The notes below the pieces were generated by a model. That model had not been told where the DNA came from, did not search any database, and saw only the letters and a list, made by a program, of their open reading frames with translations. Positions 11,600 through 22,400 of a stretch of DNA of 64,000 nt are shown piece by piece (position 1 is the first letter of the stretch; every line of letters begins with the position of its first letter). The DNA is taken from positions 10,400,001 through 10,464,000 of the forward strand of contig CP086569.2 in NCBI GenBank assembly GCA_009914755.4. Direction: 5' to 3'. This DNA comes from the human T2T-CHM13v2.0 reference genome, Homo sapiens. Made by a program: the position numbers and the translations under genes.

Positions 11600-12480
11600 G
11601 AGCGGAGGTCTTGGCTGGGGTCTGTGGGACCCGCTGCCCCTGCCCGCCCCTTCCCCCGGCTTGGACGATTGCAGCGGCGCTAGATGAATGAATAGAATTT
11701 CCTGGGAGTCCAGGAAGCCTGAAGACACCTGCGACCTCAGGAACGCGCGCCTGCGCCCTCGGGGTCGGTCCCGTCCCGCCCGGGTTGTAGCCAGGCTCCT
11801 GGTGGGCTGCTGCGAGTCGGAAGAGGTGGGATGCTGCTGCCCGGCTGTGCTGCAGTCGCGGATCTTCAGGAGGAGGTCCCGGGCTTCAGCTGGGACGCGT
11901 GGGCTGTCAAGGGGGAGCAGAGGCAGGGCGGGGGCGGGGTTGTGAAGCACTGAGACTAGAGGGGGAAAGAGGGAGGGAGCGGGAAGCCAAAAGCCCAAGG
12001 TACCTGCTATTACCAGGCGGAATCCCATCCAAGTACTAACCAGGCCCGACTCTGCTTAGCTTCAACAGATCAGAGGCAAGCGGGTGCGTTCAGGGTGGTG
12101 TGGCCTAGACGCTAGCAGCGGCGCCTGGCTGCCCCAAGAGCCCGTCCCAGCCATGCCCGAACGACTCCAGGCGTCACCGCCATCCCGGGGCAGCGGGTCT
12201 CGGATCCGGGACCCCCAGAGCCGCTCGCCTCTGCCCCAGGGCAGCTGTCTCCCTCTACACCCGAGTACCGCCGGCCTCCTGGCGAGTCCCGCCGTCACCG
12301 GCGGCCAGACCTGGCGCAGGACCAACGTGGCGCCGCCGTGCTGTTGCTGGCGGGCGCCAGAGGCCTCAGTCCCCTGCCCAGGATTCCGGCTCTCGGGGCG
12401 GCCTCCTTTCCGCCCACGCTCCAGTTCTTCCTCCAGCTCCCCAGCTCCGGAGCTTCCACCACATCTGCCGGCTCAGGACG
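11600..12480. promoter_or_regulatory. Candidate CpG island. Macrosatellite unit 3 retains dense CpGs and GC boxes, whereas paralogous units are CpG-decayed.
   Basis: Examples: aacgcgcgcctgcgccctcggggtcggtcccgtcccgcccgggttg, gcagggcgggggcggggttg, ccgggctgtgctgcagtcgcggatc, cgccgtcaccggcggccagacctggcgcaggaccaacgtggcgccgccg. The same aligned positions in unit 2 read tg/ca, e.g. ccgccacctcggggccaagg versus ccgccatcccggggcagcgg. Confidence 0.45.
11990..12110 (-). pseudogene. 5S rRNA-derived segment (~121 bp, about 85% identical by eye to canonical 5S) in CpG-rich macrosatellite unit 3.
   Basis: The reverse complement reads GTCTAgGcCaCACCACCCTGAACGCaCCCGcTtgccTCTGATCTgttGAAGCTAAGCAGaGTCGGGCCTGGTTAGTACTTGGATGGGAttCCGCCTGGtAATAgCaGGTaCcTtGGGCTTTTGGCTT. 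The C-box region TGGATGGGA and the T-run are retained. Confidence 0.75.
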
Positions 12481-12495
12481 GGTCGCGCTCATCCC

Positions 12496-13810
12496 TTAAC
12501 TTAACTTTTTGTTGTTTCTGTTTATATTTTATTGTGCTGTGTCTTGAAATGTTGTAGTTATTACTTTTGGATATTATTTAGTATTCCGACTTTGAATAAG
12601 AGTAGTTTGCACACCACACAGCTATAGTGTTATAATATTCTGTTTTGTTGTGTATCCTATTAGCAGTGAGGATTTTTTTTTTTATCTTTAGGTGATCATT
12701 TATTGCTCGTTAATGTTCTTTTCTTCCTGATTGAAGTACTTCCTTTAGCATTCCTTTAGGACAGGTGTGGTATTCATAAAATACTTCAGCTTTTGTTTGT
12801 CTGAAAAAGTTAGTATTTCTTCTTTTTATTTGAAGAATATTTTCACTGTATATTCTATTCTAAGGTAAAAGTTTTTTTTTCCTTTAGTACTTTAAATATT
12901 TATTGCTTCTCTCTCCTGACCAGTAGAGTTTCCACCGTAAAGTCTGCTGCCAGACGTGTTGGAGCTCCCCAGTATGTCATTTGTTTCTTTTCTCTTTCTT
13001 CCTTTAGAACTTTTCTTTATCTTTGACTTTTGGAAGATCTATTGAATGCTTTGAAGTAGTCTTTTTTGGGTTAAATCTGCTTAATGTTCTATAACATTTT
13101 TGTAGTTGGATATTGTTATCTTTCTCTAGGTTTGGAAAGTTCTCTGTGATTATCCCTCTGAATAAATTTTTCTACCCCTGCCTCTTTCTCTACATCTTCT
13201 TTAAAGCCAATAACTCTTAGATCTGTCTTTGTGAGGCTCTTTTCTAGATCCTCCCCTGCCTCTTTCCCTACATCTTCTTTAAAACAAATAACTCTTAGAT
13301 CTGTCTTTGTGAGGCTATATTCTGGATCCTGTTGGCATGACTTGTTGTTTTTATTCTTTCTCTTTTGTCTCTTCTATGTATTTTCAAAGAGCCGTCTTCA
13401 AGCTCACTATTTCTTCTGCTTGATCCATTCTGCTATTACATGGCTCTAATGCATTCTTCAACATGCCAATTGCATTTTTCAGCTCAGAATTTCTGCTTAA
13501 TTTGCTGTAACTATTTCAATCTCTTTGTTGAGTTTAGCTGATAAAATTTGGAATTTCTTTACTTTGTTATCTTAAATTTCTTTCAGTTTTTTTTTTAAAA
13601 AAATACAGCTATTTTGAATTCTCTGTCTGAAACGTCACATATCACTTTTTCTCCAGGATTTGTCCACAGTGCCTTATTTAGTTCACTTGGTGAGGTCATG
13701 TTTTCCTGGATGGTGTTGATGCTAGTAGATGTTCTTCAGTGTCAGGACATTAAAATCTTGGGCATGCAGCACCATATGAGAGGTTTAAAAAATAAAATTT
13801 AAAGAGAGAA
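12496..13810 (-). mobile_element. L1 (older L1PA/L1PB-like) ORF1 region and inter-ORF region, minus strand.
   Basis: The reverse complement encodes ORF1 motifs (…PGKHDLTK…, ENFPNLEK from ttctctaggtttggaaagttctc). Similar to the ORF1-upstream segment at 26404–26658 of the plus-strand L1. Confidence 0.7.
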
Positions 13811-14379
13811 AAGGTGAGTATTTATTGTAGTCTTCAATGTCGGGTTTATTTGTAGCTGTCTTTCATGGGAAGGTTTTTCACATATTTGAAAAGAGTTGGG
13901 TGTTGTGATCTAAGCCATATCTGCTTTATGGGGCACCTTATACCGAATAATGCTGTACTTCTTCCAGACTCAGAGAAGCACCACCTTGACAGCCTTCAAC
14001 AAGATCCAGGATAATTTTCTGGATTACTAGCCAGAGACTCTTTTTCCCTACCCTTATTTTCTCTCAAAGATACAGAGTATTTCTCTCTGTTCTAAGCCAC
14101 CTAAAGCTGGGAGAAGAAAGACACAAGCACCCGTGGCCACCACCACTATGACTGCCCTGGATCAGACCTAAAGCTAGCACAGCATGGGTCTTGCTCAAAT
14201 CCTGCTGCGTGCACTCTCTGACAACTGACTATGTTCACTCAAGGCCTTTGGTCTCTACAATTATCAGGTGGCAAAGCCAGCCAAGCCTGTGTTCTTTCCT
14301 TTAGGGCAGTGAGATCCCTCAGTCCCTGGCTGGGTCCAGAAGTGCCATTCAGAAGTCAGGGCTTTGGCCACTTTTTAAT
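13811..14379 (-). mobile_element. L1 5'UTR-like segment (older L1 family), minus strand. It is fused directly to a 3'-truncated L1 ORF2 on its right.
   Basis: ..acaggcttggctggctttgccacctgataattgtagagacc.. (reverse complement) matches ..ctggctggctttgccacctattaatcacagagtcc.. in the 5' region of the plus-strand L1 at ~26070. Confidence 0.5.
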
Positions 14380-16660
14380 AGGGTTTTTTGTTTTTCTCTC
14401 GTAAATTTAAATTCCTTATATTGAATATTAGATCTTTGTCAGATACATAGTTTGTAAATATTTTTTCCTCATTCTATAGGTTGTCTGTTCACTCTATTGA
14501 TAATTTCTTTTGCTGAGCACAAGCTTTTAAGTTTAATTAGATCCCACTTGTCAATAGTTGTATTTGTTGTTTTTGGTGTCTTTATCATGAAATCTTTGTC
14601 TCTTTCTATGTCCAGGATGGTATTGTCTAGGTTGTCTTCCAGGGCTTTTATAGTTTTGGGTTTTACATTTAAGTATTTAATCCATCTTGAGTTGATTTTG
14701 GTGTATGGTATAAGGAAGAAGTCCAACTTCAATCAGCATATGGCTAGCCAGTTATCCCAGCACCATTTATTGAATAGGGAATCTTTTCCCCTTTGCTTGT
14801 TTTTGCCAGCTTTGTCAAAGCTTAGATAGTTGTAGGTATGTGGTCTTACCTCCAACCTCTCTATTCTGTTCCTCTGGTGTATGTGTCTGTTTTTGTACTA
14901 CTACCATGCTGTTTTGGTTACTATAGTGCTGTAGTATATTTTGAAGTCAGGTAATATGATGCCTCAAGCTTTGTTCTTTTTGCTTAGGATTGCCTTGGCT
15001 ACTTAGGTTCTTTCTTGGTTCTATATGAATTTTTAAATAGCTTTTTTCTACTTCTGTGAAGCATGTCATTGGTAGTTTAATAGGAATAGCTTTGGGCAGT
15101 ACACCATTTAAATGATATTAATTCTTTCTCTGCATTAACATGGAATGATTTTTCATTTATTTGTGTCTTCTCTGACTTCTCTGAGCAGTGTTTTGTAATT
15201 TTCATTGTAGAGATTTTTCACCACCCTTGTTAGCTGTATTCGTATGTACTTTATTCTTTTCATGGAATTTGTGAATAAAATTGCCTCTCTGATTTGGTTC
15301 TTAGCTTGGCTCTTCTTGGTGTATAGGAATGCTAGCAAGTTTTGTATATTGATTTTGTGTCCTGAAACTTTGTGAAAGTTGTTTATCAGCTTAAGGAGTT
15401 TTTGGGTCACAACTATAGGGTTTAGATGGAGAATTATGTTGTCTGCAAACAGAGGTAGTTGGACTTCTCTTTCTATTTAGATACCCTTTATTTCTTTCTC
15501 TTGTCTGATTGCTCCAGAAAGGACTTCTAATACTATGTTGAATAGCAGTGGTGAGAGAGGGCATCCTTGTCTTGTGCGGGTTTCAAGGAGGATGCTTCCA
15601 CATTTTGCCCATTTAGTATAATGTTGGCTGTGAGTTTGTCATAGGTGGCCTTTATTATTTTGAGATATGTTCCTTTGATACCTCATTTATTGAGAATTTT
15701 TAACATGAAGTTTTGTTGAATTTTACTGAAAGCTTTTTCTGCATCCGTTGAGACAATCACGTGGTTCTTATCTTTAGTTTTATTTATGTTATGAATCACA
15801 TTTTATTGATTTGCTCATGGTGGACCAACCTTCCATTCCAGGGAAGAAGCTTACTTCACTATGGTGAATTAGCCTTTTGATATGTTGCTAGATTCAGTTT
15901 GCAAGTATTTTGTTGTGGGTTATTGAATGGATATTCAGGAAGGATACTGGCCTGAAGTTTTCTTTTTTTGTTGTGTCACTGCCAGGCTTTGGTATCAGGA
16001 TGATTCTGGCCTCATAGAACAAGTTGGGGAAGACCCCCTCCTCCTCTATTTCTTGAAATAGTATCAGTAGGACTGGTTCTGGCTCTCCTTTGTACATCTG
16101 TTAAAATTTGTTAATCTACCAGGTCCTGGGCTTTTTCGGGGGGTTGGTAGGCTATTTATTACAGATTCAATTTTTGGAGCTCATAATTGGTCTATTCAGA
16201 GACTGAATTTCTTCCTGGTTCAGTCTTGAGGAGTATATGTGTCCAGGAATTTATTAATCTCTTCTAGGGTTTCTAGTTTGTGTGTATAGAGGTGCTCGTA
16301 GTAGTTGCTGGTTGTTATTTTTATTTCCCTGGGGTCAGTGGTAACATTCCCTTCATCATTTCTAATTTTGTTTATTTGAATCTTCTCTCTTTTCTTCTTT
16401 ATTAGTCTAGCTAGTGCCCTATCTATCTTATTAATTTTTTCAAAAAACCTTGATTAAGTGATCTCTTGAACAGTTTTTCATGTCTCAATTTCTTTCAATT
16501 CAGCTCTGGTTTTAGTTATTTCTTGTCTTCTATAAGCTTTGTGGTTGAGTTCTTCTTGTTTCTCTAATTCTTTCAGTTGTGGTGTTAGGTTGTTAATTTG
16601 AGATATTTCTAATTTTTTGATATGGGCATTACTTCTTATGCCCCACTCTAACTTTTGTCC
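14380..16660 (-). mobile_element. L1 ORF2 (RT and C-terminal region) fragment, minus strand. It is 3'-truncated, with no 3'UTR or poly-A.
   Basis: Minus-strand ORFs encode L1 ORF2 peptides: 15894..16097 (…[19 protein letters not shown]…[13 protein letters not shown]), 15153..15410 (…MKRIKYIRIQLTRVVKNLYNENYKTLLREVREDTNK), 14469..14732 (…[30 protein letters not shown]…RVNRQP…). It ends at about 14380 with ..PIKKWAK. Confidence 0.8.
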
Positions 16661-18889
16661 TTCTAGAAAACTCAGAACTATGCCTTCTAAACCAATTGAA
16701 ACTTTCTCAGTGAATCAACCTGTTCTTCCTGAGGCAAAGTTAGCAATTTTCCGTTACACATGGTTCTTTCTCTGTAAGAATATCTAATGCAACAATGCAA
16801 GTGTTTCTTTCCCTCCTGGTAATGTGGGGAACTCCTTTTAGCTAAGACCAAGACTTAAAACCTTGTTCTTTCAACATTAATGAAGATCTATTTAGAAAGC
16901 CTCCATTTTTACAGAAAAGATATATAAACACCAATGAAAATGAATATGAAATTATATGACACAATTACATTGTGGAAAGACTGAATAAATAAGTGAACTA
17001 AGCTCTAAGAAAAAATATGATGATATAAAAAGATATAGAAGTAAAAACCTGGGCTGGTATAGCATAATTAATGTATCAGTAAAGTATGTACAGTGTAGAA
17101 GTGGCAGAAAGACAGCATAGAGAGTAAGACCTGACCAAAAGCTTTAAGAAAAGTTCTATACCCTTAAACGAGATTAAAGTGGACTCAGGAAAACATGGGA
17201 CACATGAGGGAAAGGACACATGCTCCAGATGGGCCAAAGCTCAGAGCATCTCTACCTTCTCCAGGAGGAAAGGGGAGGCAAAGCAGCAGGCAGAAGACAG
17301 CACAGCCAGGTCAGCACAGGGCGAAGCCAGGTGGGCTCCATCATACAGGTAGTGAGGAGCCACTGCCAGGTGGGCTTTATTCATTAGTTGGTTTTGTTTC
17401 CTTTAGTAACAAAGAGACATGATCAAAGTTGACCTTTGTAAGTGTTGCTGCAGCTGAACAAAAAGATGGATAAAACCAGTGTTTTAAAAATTATGTTGTA
17501 TACAGCACTAGCCTCAGTGAGTTATTAGTAGAACACACAGGTACACACATGCACACACATTCACACTGAGCCCAGATTATTCTGGCAAATTCTGGGTTAA
17601 GCTAACTAAAAGAAACATCTTTAGTTCTGGACTTCTCAGAACCTGGAATGCGGCTATATGACTCATAAAACAGCAAGGTTAAGACAGAGCATGTCATTTT
17701 TTCCAGAATTGTTGAAACATTTTCCTTCCCTTGGCATCAGTGTCACCTTCTTTCTCCTGGTTCTCCATCAACCTCTTTGGCTGCTCCTTCTTGATTTCCT
17801 TTTTCACGATCTGCTGCTGCTCAGCCATTCTCTTTTCATTCCCCATGGATTTCTCAAGTGTGTTTCTATTCCTGCATTTTAAACTTTCCTTGTTTTTCCT
17901 GACACTTCTCCTTGTCTGACCCTCCCCTGTTCTAAGGCAGGTGTTCCATCTGTGTGTGCTTTTGGCATCCTGGGATGCTCCCAGCATGTTCCCTGACACA
18001 CTCCATCAGGTTTTCTCTGCAGACTCTGTGAGAGCAGCAGCCTTGTTTCCACCGATCCTTCAATGCTCAGCACATAACACAGAAGCTGACTCCATAACAT
18101 TTAGTTGGCCAACTGAGACTAAATGTATGTTCCTCTAGATCTTAAAGAGTTACAAAAACATAGCACAATAGTCAAAACAATTCTCTTTAGTCAGGAGTTC
18201 TCTATATATGTACGACAGTTTGAAGTCATTATTAAAGCAAAGTGAAAGAGAAACTGTCACAGAATTCCCTAAGATAAATTATTTTGCTTTAATCTTCAAT
18301 TCATCATGTGAGATAATCAAGACCAAGTGTTATTGTAAATATTTCTTACAACACAATTAACTGATTTTTATTGTTTGAAATAACCACAAAATAAATCAGT
18401 CAATTAAAAATTGCATAAATAATCATTTCAAATAAAATTCTGCCTAAATTTTACTCATATGTTCAAATGATAATGAGCTCATAGGTGTTTCCAATACCTC
18501 AGTCAAAACATTGTACTGATTCCAGCTGTGGGAATAGTATCTGCAAGTTATTTTACAGATGGGGAAAAGGTACTTATGTGACATTGGCCTTTGCACTACT
18601 ATGCACTTTTGGGTCAGGAAAAAGCTGTTCCCTTAAAATCCTAAAATCTCTTCTCTCAGGTCTGAATGTGGATGGGAAACAAAGTTTTACAAATTTTAGC
18701 CACAGATGTTTTATTCCTTGCTTAAAGCAGTGACTAGATAAAGGCCCCTTGAAGAGCCTCCAATGATTCTTTAGAAGCGTGTGCCTGCGAATATCTTCCT
18801 GAAACACTCCCTTGTCTCTGCCCAAAATCACCTTAGGTAGGAAAATCAAAACTCAGCAGTCTGAGGAGATCCAAGGGGATCATTGAGCT

Positions 18890-19440
18890 CTGAGTCTTAT
18901 GAGAGAAGAGAGAGAGTTCTAAGACTGTTTGTGTATAAATGTATGGGTTCCAAGTGCAATTTTGCTGTAAGCATGGATGGCATAGTGGTGAACTCAGGGC
19001 TTTTAGGTATCCATCACCAGAATAATGCACATTGTACCCATTAAGTAATTTCTCACTGTTCACCCCTTCCATCCCCTCACCCTCCTGAGTCTCCATTATT
19101 CCACTCTCTACATCAATATCTACACATCTTTTAGCACCTGCTAATGAGTGATAAAATATGATGTTTACTCTGTGTCTGGCTTGCCTCACTTACAAAAATG
19201 GCCTCCAGTTTCATCCATGTGTCTGCAAAAAAGTTATGATTCTATTGTTTTTTATGCCTGAGTAGTATTTCATTGTGTATATTTTCTACATTTTCTTTCT
19301 CCAATCATTTGTTGATGGACATTTAGGTTGATTTTATATCTGTGCTACTGTGAATAGTATTGCAACAAATACACAAGTATAGTTATCTTTCTGATAGATT
19401 GATTTCTTTTCCTTTGCATAAATACTCAGTGGTGGGATTG
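18890..19440 (-). mobile_element. L1 3'-end fragment (ORF2 C-terminus / 3'UTR, older family), minus strand.
   Basis: The reverse complement matches L1 3' terminal sequences (..gcaataccattcacagtagcacagatataaaatcaacctaaatgtccatcaacaaatgattgg..tactactcaggcataaaaaacaatagaatcataac..). Confidence 0.65.
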
Positions 19441-22400
19441 CTGAATCAGACAGAGCCAATGGATGATCAGTAATGGTGGCCAATCATCAGCTAGAAACAA
19501 AGAACTTAGCAGGGCTTGAAAACACCAAAACTCTGAGACCACTGACCTTCAAAAACTTCAACAGCCCTGAGTGAAAAGTCCAAACACATTTATCTACCAT
19601 TCAAAGATGCTTTATTGTCTGTCCTCTGTGCATCTCAGTAGCCTCTTTTTACCACACTGTCTCTATACTGCATGAGCCATTTATATGAAACTATCTGACT
19701 CTCCATGGCATCTTATACCATGTATTCAACCATGTATCCCTAGTACCTAGCACAGTCTTGGTATATAGTTTGCTACTAAACTTTTGCAGAATGAAGGAAT
19801 TATCTTGTATCGAGGTTCCAAGTTTTAAGGTGATTCTTCACTAAGAAAAAGTATTACAGTTCACAAATAATCTACTTCCCTTTTTACAGATGGGATCAAT
19901 TTTAATCTTATCTCCTAATAACATTACTTTCATTTATTCTGATCTAAATATTCTGTCCTAAGAGAGCAATAAGAAAGAGAGTTGAAGCTGGAGTTTGAAG
20001 AATTGTACATGGTTCTATGATACCTTACCTTGTTTTAACCTGAGTGACTCTCCCCTAGCAGAGAGAGAGCCAGACAGACTCTATTTTAGTTTCTTCACGT
20101 GCAACCCCCTTTACCTCCCTCCCTTAAGGGCATAACTAGTGTAAACTGACTCAAAGCACATCCAGGAATGCACATACTGATAAGATATTGAGGCAAGCTG
20201 CACCAGCAGCTCCTAGGGACGTGCTTGGTGAATGTCACCCAAAACCCCTGCATTTCTCTCTTTGTGATAGTTTAAGTCCCTGCACCTGGAACTGTTTCTT
20301 TGTTGTGTAACTGCTTTTGTAACCAATTAATTTTTTAACTATTTGCCAGCTCTGCTTCAGTAAAAATTGTTTCAGTTAAACTCCCCCCTCCCCTATTTAG
20401 ACCACGGAATAAAAACAAAATCAGCCCCTTCCTCGGGGCCAAGAGAATTTTCAGCGTTAGCTGCCTCTCCGTCGCTGGCTAATAAAGGATTCCTTAATTT
20501 GTCTCAAAGTGTGGCGTTCCTCTATAACTCGCTTGGTTACAACAGTCCACACTGTGGCCTGAGGTGCATCGCCCACCTGAGCTTCATCTGTTATCTATGT
20601 CAGGGAAGATAAGCAGGGTGAGAGTGGCCTCATCAGAAGACCCAAGATCTCTGGCTTCCCCATCTGGCAAGTGCACCTCTGTGAACAAAGACTTCAGAGC
20701 CAGATGACAAGAATGGCCCAAGCAGTCCACCAGGGAAACTTGGGCCCAGTGTACATCAATGCAGAGCGTCAAGCATGGCATAACAGGTGGACAGTTGCCT
20801 ATTCCTGTTCAGAGATGACTGCATCCCACACACTGTAAAATGAAGAAATGCAGAGAAGCAGATGTAACTGAAGCAGACAGCAGGAACAACAAGGAAGGAC
20901 AACCACGACCTAGGAGGGCACCATGCCAGAGATGCCTGGACCCTATGCTAGGCTCAGTGCCTGTTATACTCTTGGGATCCAGCGCTTTCCCTCTCCATCA
21001 CAATGCATACTTGGCATTATTTGTTGTTTAAAATATTTTCCTTAGTTTTCACCTTTCCTAGGAGACACAGGCAGACCCTGTGACACTACAGCTTCTGGCA
21101 CACAGTAGGTGCATCACAAACATCTGTTGAGTTCACACACTCTTGCCTTCTCAAACCTTTTTGTCAAGTCTTCAGTGAAAAGGAATTGCTGATTGAGCAA
21201 GAATTAAACTTCTAGAGACTTCTGGATCCACTGAAGTTTAAGACAAGGTGAGATTTGTTTACTGCCATATTCCTAGCTCATAGCATACTGTAGTCACTTA
21301 AAAAATGTTTGTTGAATCAGTGACTGAATTGATTCATACGTCATACTTAGCTATATATTTTCTGAGTAAAATTGATGAATTTAATGGTTTAATTCTAGTA
21401 TAATTTTACTTTCCTTATTCAACGAACCTGACAATTCAACTTGGTGCCAAGCACACGGCTGCTGAAGTAAAGGAGGTATAAGATACAATTTCTGTCTACA
21501 AGAAAGCCACAATCTAAAAAGTAGAAACATATGAACAAATTATAATAATAAATAGGCTACATTCAAAATCAGAGGGGTCTGTTTCTATTTTAAACAGCTC
21601 TAGTCAGGAAGTGTTAGAAAGTTCTAAACAGGAAATGTTCCAACACACCATCCAAGCATGAAGCAGGAGACACCTATAATTGAGCTTGCTGCCACCAACC
21701 CCAACAGCAAGAATTCCAGTCCTGCTGCTGCAAAGTAAGTGTCACTCTGATTTTATTACTGCTGTGTAACCCAGTTTTAGACTCTCTGGTTCTCACTTAA
21801 TGTTCTAAATAAGTATTAAAGAGAAAATATTATTATGGTTTGAGCCCATCCACGGCAGACATCATAACATCATACTAGTTATAAGGCCTATCATTTAAAA
21901 GGAAAATTGTTAGCTTAACTTATTTATCCAAATATCAGTATTAGATAAACATCAGACTTTGTCATCAGACTTTGGATTTATGGGTTAAATAGCATACAAA
22001 TATGATTAGAGCCTTAAAGTTTACACTTCTCTGGTTTGCTCAAATTTTTTTCAAAATAGCATATGCCTTTCTAAAAAATTGTTAGTATATTTTTAAAAAT
22101 GAACATAAAAATATATATTTTCTCAAAACAAAATACAGCTCCCATTGGCAAATGATGATGTTGAAATACAACAGACAACTTCTCTTGGGAACCATTTAAT
22201 CAGTGCTCACTTTTGCACTCTTTCCAGAAATGTCAATGGCTTTAAAATGTAGAAGTATATTATACAACTAAACTTACACTTATTCAGTATTGTGCAATAT
22301 TTAGTACTTGTTCTAGCTATCTCTTGCTCAATAGTAAGCCATTCCAAAACTTAAGGAATTATTTATTGTTTAATTGTTTCTTGTTATTATTTGTTTAGTG

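Larger units (their letters stand above)
7370..12495. repeat. Tandem array of a composite 1.3–1.6 kb macrosatellite-like unit, 3 units plus a 5' partial unit. Each unit is a CA-rich module, a GA-rich module, unique sequence, a 5S-rRNA-derived segment on the minus strand, and GC-rich unique sequence. I cannot assign a family name from memory.
   Basis: Unit-start landmarks (acacccc + accac(c)...agcaaac + (CA)-rich + gacacagacagcttgaag + (GA)-rich) sit at 7417, 8737 and 10356. Long collinear matches between units include ggcccctttg[ag]gcaggcc[ag]gggt[ag]gggtgga[ag]ggtgc[ct]tgggc[tc]gggc..., gagccctgagacgt[ctg]tt.., ttggattggtt[ag]gttgcttt.., cccagagctgct[tc]gc[ct]..gccgggctgctctcc, and gcagcagaaaaattgttttggatccctc. 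Confidence 0.85.
10360..12495. repeat. Macrosatellite unit 3 (~2.1 kb). It carries a ~450-bp solo-LTR insertion and an extra ~300-bp CpG-rich segment. It is truncated on the right where L1 sequence begins.
   Basis: Same module order as unit 2. A foreign insert at 10525–10972 splits the ...gcttgaag / (GA)-rich module. The unit is CpG-dense from about 11600 onward. Homology to unit 2 ends after ..gccggctcaggac at about 12480. Confidence 0.75.

Noticed and set aside
7370-12495. Whether this is simply the canonical 5S rDNA tandem array.
   Set aside because: The 5S-like copies are only about 85–88% identical to canonical 5S rRNA. The unit length is 1.3–1.6 kb rather than the ~2.2 kb of the human 5S rDNA repeat. 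One unit lacks the 5S segment entirely. The unit carries CA and GA microsatellite modules not present in 5S rDNA as I recall it. It is better described as a 5S-derived composite satellite or pseudogene array.
8035-12557. Long ORFs inside the macrosatellite units: 8035..8703 (222 aa), 9420..10184 (254 aa), 9653..10258 (201 aa), 11369..12028 (219 aa, minus strand) and 12084..12557 (157 aa). I considered whether the repeat encodes a protein such as DUX4 in D4Z4.
   Set aside because: The translations are low-complexity and rich in P, R, S, A and G, as expected from roughly 65–70% GC DNA. I recognise no domain or motif. The frames are not preserved between units, because indels and the 5S deletion shift them. 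Substitutions between units follow CpG decay rather than codon structure. The features are retained as repeat, not CDS.
20040-20560. LTR-like segment with aataaagg / ctaataaa poly-A-signal-like motifs and a gcttttgtaaccaattaa motif reminiscent of ERV1 LTRs.
   Set aside because: I could not identify LTR termini, a TSD or a confident family match by eye. It is left unannotated rather than asserted.
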